Shown: piece by piece, positions 48,941 to 58,440 of the stretch
How the letters are laid out: each line of letters starts with the position of its first letter
How positions within the stretch are numbered: position 1 is the first letter of the stretch
Virus record (IMG/VR): IMGVR_UViG_3300037067_013660
Span: 64,001-128,000 of that record
Reading direction: 5' to 3' (one strand)
Origin: a virus
Taxonomy: Duplodnaviria; Caudoviricetes
DNA length: 64,000 nucleotides
Program-made: the position numbers and the translations under genes
Notes under the pieces: generated by a model
Told to the model about the DNA's origin: nothing
Databases searched by the model: none
Seen by the model: only the letters and a program-made list of their open reading frames with translations

Positions 48941-49920
48941 TCGTAGAGGGTCTCCCTATCACCCACACGATCCGGCATGACGTCGCGCATCAAGCCAAAC
49001 AGGATCGACAGTTTCTCGTAGGGACCAAAGTCCTCGACGAAGAACTGGTGGACGCGCCGCGTACACTCCATCCTCAAGTCCAGCGGCATGTCGAACGGAT
49101 CCAGAATACTGTCGCAGTGCGGGCACACCACGGCACCGACGTCAACCTGACCACCGCAGGCATCACATTCTTTTACGTAGAGCGGTTGACTCATGGTCTC
49201 GCCGCTGATTTCAAACGTACCGACCAACTCGATGCCCAGCACATCGTACAGCGGCGCGTCGTCGATCCCTACCAAGTTGGCCGAGACCTTCAGGGCTGTA
49301 TAGGCACCGACCTGCTGCTCCACCACGACCGCGACCCAATTGTCCACGAGAGGAGGTGCGGGGGCGAAGTGCCACTTGGAGCCCGCCCACTCGATGGTCG
49401 CGGGTTTGATTTTCTTGAGCCCGAGGTTGCGCTTCAGTTTATTGAGTGCAGGGTGCTCCGTGCGCTTGGTACGTATGCGCTTGGGTTTTGCTTCCCCGAG
49501 GATCTGACTCAGTACGCCTTTCAGTTGTTCTGCCAGGTCGTCGTCACCTCGCTTACGCGCCTCGACTGCACGTTCACTCAAAAGTGCAGCTAACGTAGCT
49601 TTGTCCAAGTCGGCTTCGGGTGTCGCTGCTTGTTTTTCTTCTTGGTTCTTCAGAAACTCTGGCAGTACTGATGACAACTCTTGTGCCATTTCTGAATTTG
49701 TCGTAGGGATTTCGATCGGTTGATCCCCTACGCTGCCTGTCATGTGGGCGAACGCACCTTCGGCCAGTTGACTGGTGTCGATACTGTTGAGCGTTCTGCC
49801 TGCTACCGTAACGGTATGGGGACTACGGTCGATTTCGTCACGCTGTGGATTTCGTGGTGGTGTGGTGCCAGTTTTTTGCGTTCCCATGTTGGTCCTTATG
49901 GTTGGGTCAGGATGTCCCAC
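48871..49920 (-). CDS. Tail assembly chaperone (G-like) with zinc ribbon
   Basis: Lies between tube and tape measure genes; CDACG...CPHC. Confidence 0.6.
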   Translation of the reverse strand: MGHPDPTIRTNMGTQKTGTTPPRNPQRDEIDRSPHTVTVAGRTLNSIDTSQLAEGAFAHMTGSVGDQPIEIPTTNSEMAQELSSVLPEFLKNQEEKQAATPEADLDKATLAALLSERAVEARKRGDDDLAEQLKGVLSQILGEAKPKRIRTKRTEHPALNKLKRNLGLKKIKPATIEWAGSKWHFAPAPPLVDNWVAVVVEQQVGAYTALKVSANLVGIDDAPLYDVLGIELVGTFEISGETMSQPLYVKECDACGGQVDVGAVVCPHCDSILDPFDMPLDLRMECTRRVHQFFVEDFGPYEKLSILFGLMRDVMPDRVGDRETLYDPFLKLSPTSSTETATSPSGAAP

Positions 49921-50810
49921 TGTTTGAAGTATTTTCGTTGTGTCGCCGGAATATTGACGACCGGAACATAGTAGTGGTGTTGGATGCGACGCGGCATAGG
50001 AATAACAGAATGATTGATCGCGACGCCATCGGTCGCGAACATGTCGGCAAACGTCTCGAAGCGATCGATCTTGATTTCGTCTTTCTTCGTTTTGACGAGT
50101 TGTGGCACCACTCCGATGAACTGGCAGGGCGTCACCACCACGTAGGAACCGTACACGACGTAGACGTCACAACTTTTTGCCCAGTCAACCAGCACGGTTT
50201 CGGGCACGACGGTTTCGGGCAGCAAAAGGATCGGTGCCGTCACGATGCCAAAGTCATCCTGTTGATGCAAGAGTTGTGTTTTGTTCGCCGCGATGGTCTT
50301 GATGCATCGCCACGATTGATCAAACCCGTCGATTTGTTCGGTCTCGACCTTCGGTTCTACCGTAGTGCCGACACGCCACCCCCTCGTGGCCACGGCTTCC
50401 AAGAACCGACTGATCTGTACGACCGTCTCGGTGGCGGGCGGCTCCTCGACGGCGTGGGGTGTAAGGTCATGTAGGAGTTTGTGGGCACCCGTGGTCCACC
50501 GGGCCAGCGCCTTGGTGGCGTCGCCGTTGGGTCGCCGGTTGGCGAACAGGTCGTCCTCCACGGCGCCGTAGATCGCGTCCAGGGCGTCGCGCAGCAGGAC
50601 CAGGCGTCGTAGCGGCAGGGTCGTGTGGGCGGCGTCCAGGGCGTCCCGTAGGGCCGTGAGGGTAGCGAGGAGAGAACCGACGGGCGGTAGCTTAGGTCGG
50701 GCGAGGAGCCGCTCTACGCGGCGGCAGCAGTGCCGTACCGACTGCACCACGGTCGTCTGCTGGTCACGGACGTTGGGCGCCCCGATCTGGCGGAAACACT
50801 GGTACGACAT
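49896..50810 (-). CDS. Hypothetical protein
   Basis: GGAGGGAG ribosome-binding site before MSYQCF. Confidence 0.55.
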   Translation of the reverse strand: MSYQCFRQIGAPNVRDQQTTVVQSVRHCCRRVERLLARPKLPPVGSLLATLTALRDALDAAHTTLPLRRLVLLRDALDAIYGAVEDDLFANRRPNGDATKALARWTTGAHKLLHDLTPHAVEEPPATETVVQISRFLEAVATRGWRVGTTVEPKVETEQIDGFDQSWRCIKTIAANKTQLLHQQDDFGIVTAPILLLPETVVPETVLVDWAKSCDVYVVYGSYVVVTPCQFIGVVPQLVKTKKDEIKIDRFETFADMFATDGVAINHSVIPMPRRIQHHYYVPVVNIPATQRKYFKQWDILTQP

Positions 50811-50872
50811 GGCAGCTCCCTCCTGTTGCCGCATGTTTGACAAACAAATAGGAGTAGCGACATGTCGAATCG

Positions 50873-51406
50873 TTAGACTGTACCGGCGGTGTGCTGGCGG
50901 GCGACGTAGGCGAAATTGAAGTTGGCGATGACGCGGGTATCGCCATCTGCGCGGTAGTCGGATTCGTTTCGATCTTGGAGCCAGCATCCGAGGTACGTCC
51001 AGACCTCGTACGGGGCCGAACCCTTGAACCAGAATTCTTGTGCCTCGAAAGGACGTGTCTGGCTGATGAGGTCGGTGTAGCGGTTGGCGGCACCCGTCTG
51101 GATCTCAATTTCAGATCCCCAGAGTTCCGCGACCGTCGCGTTGATGGTGTAGCCCGACGCGATACCCGGCACGTAGTCGATGGGGCGACCAAACGTACGG
51201 TTACTCAATTCCATTACGTGGACACCGGCACGTGTATACGCACCGCTATTGTTCCACCCCTGTACGCGTCCCAAAACGTTACCGTTCACCACCAACGTGA
51301 TGCCGTGGTACGTCTTGGACGAGATAGGTCTCGCGACGCTATAGTCGAGTGGCTCAACCTGCTGGCCGAACTTGTTACCAGCGAATTTAGTGTAGTCAAG
51401 AGCCAT
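50873..51406 (-). CDS. Tail tube protein
   Basis: 177 aa; VMELS...IDYVPG, WTYLGCWL...Y.ADGD..VIAN..F.Y; downstream of the sheath gene. Confidence 0.75.
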   Translation of the reverse strand: MALDYTKFAGNKFGQQVEPLDYSVARPISSKTYHGITLVVNGNVLGRVQGWNNSGAYTRAGVHVMELSNRTFGRPIDYVPGIASGYTINATVAELWGSEIEIQTGAANRYTDLISQTRPFEAQEFWFKGSAPYEVWTYLGCWLQDRNESDYRADGDTRVIANFNFAYVARQHTAGTV

Positions 51407-51426
51407 TTTGATTTCTCCTCGCTAGA

Positions 51427-51852
51427 TCAAAACGATGTCCCAGCACTAAACTGGGTTTGTACTTCGGTGCTGCCCGTCAGGATGGAGTGGAAGATCTGAC
51501 TCGCGACCCCGACGTTCGTGATTGTGACTTCGTGCGTAGTGGTGATGGCGGTATTCTTGTCCAACTGAATGCCGTCAAAATCGTACGTGTACATGGCGCC
51601 CGTTGGGATCGTGACGTCCACGACGGTGTTGTTGTACACGCCGCTGTTGAGTGGGTCGTCGGTATCGACCCCGAGGTTGAGCGTGTAGACGATCTGTAGC
51701 TCTACGTCTTCGGTACCGACGTTATGAAAACGAAAGACAGGGTTGTACACCGCGTTGGTGTTGCGCAGTGCCGTCGTTTCCATGACGAACGACGCGGATT
51801 CTCCAGTCGTCAGTTGGTGCGACCACTTAGTCTTAAACGGTACCAGAGCCAT
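51427..51852 (-). CDS. Putative virion protein (beta-rich)
   Basis: Located in the sheath-tube operon. Confidence 0.55.
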   Translation of the reverse strand: MALVPFKTKWSHQLTTGESASFVMETTALRNTNAVYNPVFRFHNVGTEDVELQIVYTLNLGVDTDDPLNSGVYNNTVVDVTIPTGAMYTYDFDGIQLDKNTAITTTHEVTITNVGVASQIFHSILTGSTEVQTQFSAGTSF

Positions 51853-52282
51853 CTTGCGGCCTCACGGGAAAATGTTCGTCACGGTCGTACTGAATGACTG
51901 GACGACCAGACAACACGGGGTTTTGCCACACGTCCGACGCTATGTCGGCCGACGTGGAATCAATATCGATGGTCTGGCTGGCGGTACGACCGTCCGCCAG
52001 CGTGACGTTGACGCGGGCCTTCATGTTGACGCGGACTTGCGGGTGATGGAAAAAGAAATAGAACTGTCCGCGATCCTCTGGTTCTTCCGTTCCGTTGATC
52101 CAATAGACCCGGTGGTTCGCCGTAAAGGTCTCGGAAACCATCGCGGCGTCGCCGTGTAGGATCGCGACCGTACCGGTCACGACTTTTGGTGCGGCGGTGG
52201 TGCCGTCATCTTCCTGCACTATGACGGCAACCTGAATGCTGTCCGGCAGGGCAAAATAACTGGCGATGGCTTCTAGGATCAT
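51833..52282 (-). CDS. Putative virion protein
   Basis: Located in the sheath-tube operon. Confidence 0.55.
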   Translation of the reverse strand: MILEAIASYFALPDSIQVAVIVQEDDGTTAAPKVVTGTVAILHGDAAMVSETFTANHRVYWINGTEEPEDRGQFYFFFHHPQVRVNMKARVNVTLADGRTASQTIDIDSTSADIASDVWQNPVLSGRPVIQYDRDEHFPVRPQDGSGTV

Positions 52283-52287
52283 GATGA

Positions 52288-55200
52288 CTACGCGGCATTC
52301 AGGTCACGCGCATCCCAGAACCGTGTATTCACGCTGTAGAGCCCCAGGATGTTCTTGATGGGCAACCGCGTGTTGAAGTAGTAGCCGAAGTGGTAGGTGC
52401 GCTGGTCCAGTGGATCGGCGAACACGTATACGTCGCGGTTCGGGTTGATGGGCCGGATGGTCGGGGGATTCTGCTCCGAGCCGTAGGGCGCCACGATGCC
52501 GCTCGACGCCATGCCGCCGAGGATCAACACGAGGTTGCTCTGGATCAGCAGTACACCGGCCGCTGGGCTGGGCGGTACGAAACCGATGAGGTTGTTCAGC
52601 TCGGTGCGGATCTGTTTCAGGACGTAGTGCTCTTGCGTCCTGGCGCTGATCTCATTGAGCGCCACCTCGGTGGTATCGACCGTGCGGGACTCACCGTATT
52701 CATAAATGCTGGAGCCCAGCGTATTCATGTAGACGGTCGAGGCGGCGCCCAGGATCTTGGTTTCGCTCTCGGTAAAGAGCGTGATGGAATCGAACGACGC
52801 GACCTGTTGCTTCAGGATCGTGCTGGCGGGATCATTGAAGCTGGCGGTCAGGGCAGCGGCATGAGCCGCGAGGAACGAACCGTCCAGCGACAACGTAGTG
52901 GTTGAACCGTCCTCCATCTGTTGCGTACGGGTCAACGTATTGTTGGCCATCAGGATGACGTTGCCCTTGCCTTGGGAGTTCGGACCAAACTGCAGTGTTT
53001 TGCGCGCTAGGTACACGATGGTGCCGGGCGTAGTGTCGTCGCCGATGGCGGTGCCGGACGGTACTCCGACCCACAGGAGTCTCTGCTTACCCTCGAACGG
53101 GTCGCACATTTGTTCAACCGAGAGCTTCGCGTAACCCAAGGCGTTGAAGTACGACAGCACGATGATGTCGGAAATGTCGGACTTGGTTTCGGACGCGTCG
53201 ATGGCGTTCCGATAATCCGCGATGGTGTAGACCTCGTTGTCACCCGCAGACTTCACCTGAATGAAGTAGCCGCCGAAGAACGAAGTGTCGAACATGATCT
53301 CGGCCGCGAGCCACAGGTGGTTCGATGTGGCGGACGGGTAGAGCCCGAGGCGTGCGGAATCACGATCGAGGTAGCGGAGCGGTTGGTTGAACTCTGTGTC
53401 GGCACGTTTTCGGTTTGCCGTAACGAAATAGGACTCGCCGGCGTTGGGCTCGTAGCCTGCCCACTCGTAGTCCACCTGGATGTCGACGGCGGGATCCGTC
53501 GCGAAGTAAATGTAGGGCGTGTCCGTCACCCACGTGTAGCTAAGGGGCGTACCGGCGAGCGCCTGCTTAACTCGCAGGATAGACGTAGGGGTTTCGTTTA
53601 GGATGATGTAGTAGGTGAGGGGTACGCCAGTGATGGTACCGGGGCCATCGAACTGCACGTCGCCATCGTCGATGGTTTCGCTCGCGCGTCGTACCAGCGT
53701 CCAGTCCACGGTGTCGTCGCACGTCACCGAGAAACTGTGCTTGTCGTTTGCGGCATAACGGCTGTCGACGTTGCGCAGCATGAGGCGCAGGTTGTCCGGC
53801 AGGTCCACGTAGGGATCCAGATACGATCCACCCGTTGCCGTCGCGGTCAAGACGCCCCAGCTACCTTCGTAGTTGTTGGCGTTGTAGGTAAGCTGGACCG
53901 ATACGCCAGCATTTACGGTGTTGATGGTGACGAGGTAGTTGCGGTCGTCCTTCGCGGTGTACTCACGGCGGTCGGCCCGCGCGTTGATGGTCCAGTAGTC
54001 GCCGTCAATAAACCCGGAGGCCACGCGGTGCTTGTTGTACTGCACGATGGCGTCGTTGAGCCACGCCAGGATGTCGCCCAGCGATGACGTTGTCGTCACC
54101 GTATAGGTAAAGTCGTGGGTGGTGTCGGCGACGAGGTGCTGTGTGGTGTCGGCCCAGTGAGCCAACAGCTTGGTTTGGGCATCAAGCGCCCAGGTACGAA
54201 GCGTTTCGAGATCGATGGGGGCCGCGACGGCAAATGGATGCGATCCAGCACCACCAGTGTGCCAACCGCCACCTCCGTTGTTGTCGTGCAGGTTGTACTT
54301 CGTCATGAACGTCGAGGCCAACGACAGCGCACTGGCCAGGGACGTGGCGGTACCGGTCAACGTGTTGGTGGTGTCGGCAACCGCATGGTCGGCCCCGAAC
54401 GCGAAGTTCAGGTAGATTTTCTTTTCCAGCAGGACGTTCGTCAGGGACGTGGCCGTCGCTTCCGTCAGCGTGAAGGAACCCTCGCTGAACGGCAACTCGT
54501 TGTGGGCGGCCCATTGAATATCGACCGTGCGGGTGGGACCAACGCCCGCCGCGTTGGTCGCGACCAACGTGTACTGCCGATCAAACTCGTCGTTGTAATC
54601 GGTTTCACTACTGATCGTGATGGCGCTGCCGGACGAAAACACGTTGGCGGGCGTGACGCTGTTGTAGGCGCCGGCAACCGGATCCTCGACGTCGGAGAAC
54701 TGGTTGGTGTTCTGGTGCGCCGACGAAAATTCCATCAGGCCAGGACCAGACGCCGTCCAAGTAAACACGTCACCGTTGTCAAAATTGGCAACGCCGTTCC
54801 AAGCAATGTCTAGTACGATGCCGTCGTCTGGCCACCAAGTAGGAAGTTTGTACCCTACCTTGTAGAAGGTGTTGTCGTCCAGCGCGATGTTGGTGTCGTT
54901 GACTCCCTGTTGAATTGCCAAAACAGGTGCGTCGGCAGTACTGAAGAACGGCAGGTTAGTGGTTTGACTATTCCCGCCCGACGTAGCCGTAACCTCGACC
55001 TTGAATTCAATCGTGCGGTTGGGATCAGCACTACCGGCATTTTGCGCCGTCAGTGTGTAGGTACGATTGTAAGGGAACACGTAATCTGTGGTGACGTTGA
55101 ATGTCAACGCGGCAGGACTTGCACCAGCGGGTGTTTCTGTGATGGCACTGACGGCACCGTCTGTGTAGGTGTTGGTCGTGGCCGCGACCAGCGCGTCGGT

Positions 55201-55752
55201 ATCGGTCGAGTCGCCCGTCAACGTGGTGTTGATGCGGTAGTCCTCGAACTCGGTGTAGCGCGACACCCCAGAGGAGTCGCCGACGTACAGGACGCTACGG
55301 AGGTCGTCGAACTGAAGCTCGTCCAGCACGTCGTCATCAACCGACTGGTATTCGATCAGGTAGGAGGCGTTTTTGTCGAACGCCGTGTCGATGATGACGA
55401 CGCGGTCGTATTCACCCGAGCCCGTAGTAGTCTCGTAGAACGCCCACTTGTCGATCGTGACTTCGTCCCCGGTGCTTTTGTACAGACGGGCCAAACCTTG
55501 ATCGTTGGACGCGTTGTGGTCCAGGGACGCGAAGTACGGCGGCGCCGGCGAGAAACTCAGGGTTTCGGCGTAGACGTAAGCACGGATGTGCCGACTGTCC
55601 TGTTCTCGCGCCAGACGACTGCCACGGCCAATGGCACACGGAAATCGAGGCGTTCCCGTCAAAGACGAAGGTCTGGGTTGATGTACACGCCCAATATACG
55701 TGCCGGGGCGGATATAACGATTTGTAGTCAAACGGATGTCGCCGACTGCCAT
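52288..55752 (-). CDS. Contractile tail sheath protein with large insertions
   Basis: N-terminal YIRPGTYI; C-terminal sheath-like core (DGSFLAAHAAA...EISARTQEHYV..IR...FNTRLPIKNI). Confidence 0.8.
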   Translation of the reverse strand: MAVGDIRLTTNRYIRPGTYIGRVHQPRPSSLTGTPRFPCAIGRGSRLAREQDSRHIRAYVYAETLSFSPAPPYFASLDHNASNDQGLARLYKSTGDEVTIDKWAFYETTTGSGEYDRVVIIDTAFDKNASYLIEYQSVDDDVLDELQFDDLRSVLYVGDSSGVSRYTEFEDYRINTTLTGDSTDTDALVAATTNTYTDGAVSAITETPAGASPAALTFNVTTDYVFPYNRTYTLTAQNAGSADPNRTIEFKVEVTATSGGNSQTTNLPFFSTADAPVLAIQQGVNDTNIALDDNTFYKVGYKLPTWWPDDGIVLDIAWNGVANFDNGDVFTWTASGPGLMEFSSAHQNTNQFSDVEDPVAGAYNSVTPANVFSSGSAITISSETDYNDEFDRQYTLVATNAAGVGPTRTVDIQWAAHNELPFSEGSFTLTEATATSLTNVLLEKKIYLNFAFGADHAVADTTNTLTGTATSLASALSLASTFMTKYNLHDNNGGGGWHTGGAGSHPFAVAAPIDLETLRTWALDAQTKLLAHWADTTQHLVADTTHDFTYTVTTTSSLGDILAWLNDAIVQYNKHRVASGFIDGDYWTINARADRREYTAKDDRNYLVTINTVNAGVSVQLTYNANNYEGSWGVLTATATGGSYLDPYVDLPDNLRLMLRNVDSRYAANDKHSFSVTCDDTVDWTLVRRASETIDDGDVQFDGPGTITGVPLTYYIILNETPTSILRVKQALAGTPLSYTWVTDTPYIYFATDPAVDIQVDYEWAGYEPNAGESYFVTANRKRADTEFNQPLRYLDRDSARLGLYPSATSNHLWLAAEIMFDTSFFGGYFIQVKSAGDNEVYTIADYRNAIDASETKSDISDIIVLSYFNALGYAKLSVEQMCDPFEGKQRLLWVGVPSGTAIGDDTTPGTIVYLARKTLQFGPNSQGKGNVILMANNTLTRTQQMEDGSTTTLSLDGSFLAAHAAALTASFNDPASTILKQQVASFDSITLFTESETKILGAASTVYMNTLGSSIYEYGESRTVDTTEVALNEISARTQEHYVLKQIRTELNNLIGFVPPSPAAGVLLIQSNLVLILGGMASSGIVAPYGSEQNPPTIRPINPNRDVYVFADPLDQRTYHFGYYFNTRLPIKNILGLYSVNTRFWDARDLNAA

Positions 55753-55823
55753 TGGTTTCTCCTATTGCGGCAAAACCATCGTCGTGAAACACCACGATGG
55801 TTCAGAAAAATGAAACAACTTCT

Positions 55824-55837
55824 TACTAAAGATTAAC
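55824..55837 (-). promoter_or_regulatory. Putative late promoter GTTAATCTTTAGTA
   Basis: Upstream of the sheath gene. Confidence 0.7.
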
Positions 55838-55838
55838 G

Positions 55839-56834
55839 CTATCGGGCCACGACCGTGACGTCATGGGAGGCCAGAACTTCGGGACCGTCTTGTTGTGATC
55901 CGAACAGGCGCGTTACCATCAACTTGAAGGTGCCGACACGACGCGGTTCAATGATCCACTGGTATCCACGTTGGCTCACGACCGCGATGCGGGGATCGTT
56001 GCTGTAGACCTGCACGGGTTTCGGTTGATTCAACAGCGTGATGCGGTGCGGTTGCCCGACGCGCAACGTATCGGGTACCGATAACCTGATGGTGCCGCGT
56101 AACGGTACGGCCCTGGGATCTGATCGGTACTGCAACAAGATGGAGTTCTCGAACTCCACCTCCATGGTGCAGGACACGGACCAGAACTGATTACGTGGAT
56201 CGCCGTGGACGGCCGAGTGCGACTTGGCCCCCATGGTGTGGCTCAGGGGAATTCGTACCTCCCACAAAGAGCCCTCGACGTCTGGGGCCTGGCGCAAAAT
56301 GTAGTTGATGGTGAAGCAGCATAGTTGGCCAAACGCCGTCGACAAAACAGCCTGTAGGTCCTCGACCTCAACGACCGACATCGCGACGCACGTGATGTCG
56401 ATCGGGATCTTTACGACGTCCATGACGCGGACAACCTGGTGACCTGCCGAGGTATTGAGGTTCCACCCGGCGTTCAGGCTCCCGAGGGAGTTCGTGACGT
56501 ATTGGTAACCGTTGTCCTGAATGAATATCTGGGGCGGCCGTTCCTGCATGTTGTCGTAGAACGTAGCGATCTGCAGGTGGCGGTCGTCCGCGTCCTGACC
56601 TAGTTTCTGATTAATGTGGTAGCCGACCGTGTAGGTCGCGACCTTGTCGAAAAATTCACGGAACTGACCGTTTGGCTTCAGACATTCTTCTAAGTACTGC
56701 TTGATCGCCAGTTTCGTGATGCGCAGGTATTGCGTGACGTCGGAGCGAAACAATCCCGTCAGGGCGCTGCGGTCAAGCGGCGCCATCGCGATGAACTGCG
56801 GTCCTGGTCGTTCCGTCGGTACGTTATCGCTCAT
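55839..56834 (-). CDS. Putative tail terminator/completion protein with C-terminal Ig-like domain
   Basis: Upstream of the sheath gene; ERPPQIFI...IDITCVA; YSNDPRIAVV...PRRVGT. Confidence 0.5.
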   Translation of the reverse strand: MSDNVPTERPGPQFIAMAPLDRSALTGLFRSDVTQYLRITKLAIKQYLEECLKPNGQFREFFDKVATYTVGYHINQKLGQDADDRHLQIATFYDNMQERPPQIFIQDNGYQYVTNSLGSLNAGWNLNTSAGHQVVRVMDVVKIPIDITCVAMSVVEVEDLQAVLSTAFGQLCCFTINYILRQAPDVEGSLWEVRIPLSHTMGAKSHSAVHGDPRNQFWSVSCTMEVEFENSILLQYRSDPRAVPLRGTIRLSVPDTLRVGQPHRITLLNQPKPVQVYSNDPRIAVVSQRGYQWIIEPRRVGTFKLMVTRLFGSQQDGPEVLASHDVTVVAR

Positions 56835-57577
56835 ACGGTTGGCTTCGAATAATCGACAGCAGTTAGGCCGTGGCTACAAAGGATTTCGTAGACCCCGAGG
56901 TACAGTTTGCCGTGACGTGGGTGTTGGAACAAAGTGCCGTGTACTGCGTCGTCCAGCAAGACTCGTAGGCGAGCCGCGACCGATGATTTAGACGGGTGCA
57001 TAAAGAAATAGGCCGATGACGTGAATTCATTTTCGATCCACGCGAGGTAGTCGTCGGATACCCGTCCTTTGAGCCAGTACTCCAACGCGATGGTGATGCC
57101 GTAGGCGTCGTACTCTTGCTCGGCGCGGAAACGACCAAACGGTACGGGCGAACTCAGGACAGCCCCGACGCCCACACCGATCAAGCTGATCCACCAAGGC
57201 GCGACGAATAACCAGAGCGGCAACGCCATCAACATCAACAGCAGTGCCGCGACAAAATAAACGGGCGTGCCCAGCAGGTACAGAGGACCAAACAATAAAC
57301 GCCACCGTTTTGCTTGGCGGGCGTGTTGCGCTTCGTGCAGGATGATGCCGTATTCGGTCGCGGGATCCACGGTACTGGTGGGATACGCGGTCGTCTGCCC
57401 GATGGTGGTCCAGTAGGCTTCGAGGTAGCGTTTGTTGATCGCCCACCCGAACGCCCACGGAACCCGCAGGGCCCAACCGATGAATCGGTGGAGTCGTGAA
57501 TCGGACTTACAGATGATGCGGAATTTGGGTACGTGCGTTTGGATTAAACGCAGAACCTCGACGTAGACGCTGTCCAC
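56831..57577 (-). CDS. Membrane-associated HExxH zinc metalloprotease-like protein
   Basis: ILHEAQHARQ, two hydrophobic helices, downstream RAEQEYDAY. Confidence 0.6.
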   Translation of the reverse strand: MDSVYVEVLRLIQTHVPKFRIICKSDSRLHRFIGWALRVPWAFGWAINKRYLEAYWTTIGQTTAYPTSTVDPATEYGIILHEAQHARQAKRWRLLFGPLYLLGTPVYFVAALLLMLMALPLWLFVAPWWISLIGVGVGAVLSSPVPFGRFRAEQEYDAYGITIALEYWLKGRVSDDYLAWIENEFTSSAYFFMHPSKSSVAARLRVLLDDAVHGTLFQHPRHGKLYLGVYEILCSHGLTAVDYSKPTV

Positions 57578-57597
57578 CGTAACTCCAGTAGTTGTTC

Positions 57598-57611
57598 TAC
57601 TAGAGATTAAC
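57598..57611 (-). promoter_or_regulatory. Putative late promoter GTTAATCTCTAGTA
   Basis: Fifth copy of the motif. Confidence 0.65.
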
Positions 57612-57623
57612 GATGTATCGAGG

Positions 57624-57818
57624 TTACGGAAGGAAGAGGGCGCGCAGGATGGCGAAAAGCAACATGCCCAGCCCGATGCCGAACATCACGCCACTGACGA
57701 ATGCTTGGCGTTCTGTTGCATCTCGGTAGCGGTACAACAAATCAGACGCGTCGCGCCCCAACACAGAGCAACGACGTTCTAGGGCGTCGAATAGGTGTCG
57801 TGCGGTTACGCGGCCCAT
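57624..57818 (-). CDS. Small membrane protein
   Basis: C-terminal transmembrane helix FVSGVMFGIGLGMLLFAIL. Confidence 0.55.
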   Translation of the reverse strand: MGRVTARHLFDALERRCSVLGRDASDLLYRYRDATERQAFVSGVMFGIGLGMLLFAILRALFLP

Positions 57819-58435
57819 AGTTTTGTTAGGGCCGGAGCCTTGACGCCAATGGTTTTGATGACGAGGTCGTGAAACGTTTGGGTCTGGTCTGCGGTCCACA
57901 CGTTCGTCACGTACTGAAGGCGCGCGTAGCCCAGCGCGATGAACGCGACGTCGATCAGCAGACGTTTTCCTATGCGCTTGCGTCGGTCTCGATCCTCCCA
58001 AGTTTTAATAACGTCTAATTCGGGACGTGGTGGCAGACCGCACAGATGGCACATCATGTCGAACCCCATGGTGCCGGTCGGGTTTGTCATCTCGCGTAAC
58101 TCTTGTGCGACGTCCACGTGCCCGATGACGTCGTCGATCTTGATCAGGTTGGGGACCGGTACGTTCGCGATCAACGCGTTGCTCATGACGACCGGCATGC
58201 CGAAGTGCTTGCCCGCGAACGACGTGACGACGTGGGCGTTCGCGACCGACGCGTCCAACCGAGCCAACACGTCGGCGGGATTTTCTCGTAGGCAGACCCA
58301 CGCTTTCATCTTGGGTGGATCCCGTTTCATTACCTCCAGACCCGCCGCCCCGATGAGTTGGTGATGGGGCGGCGGGGGAAAGGATCCTTGTTGGTTGTAC
58401 GTTGCGACGTGCCAGAATAGGTGGTGTTGCATCAT
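57806..58435 (-). CDS. PolB-related 3'-5' exonuclease-fold protein, apparently inactive
   Basis: FWHVAT, FPPPPHHQLI, VTSFAGKHFGMPVV, GHVDV, FDMMCHLCGLP follow the family pattern without the acidic ligands. Confidence 0.55.
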   Translation of the reverse strand: MMQHHLFWHVATYNQQGSFPPPPHHQLIGAAGLEVMKRDPPKMKAWVCLRENPADVLARLDASVANAHVVTSFAGKHFGMPVVMSNALIANVPVPNLIKIDDVIGHVDVAQELREMTNPTGTMGFDMMCHLCGLPPRPELDVIKTWEDRDRRKRIGKRLLIDVAFIALGYARLQYVTNVWTADQTQTFHDLVIKTIGVKAPALTKLWAA

Positions 58436-58440
58436 GGTGA

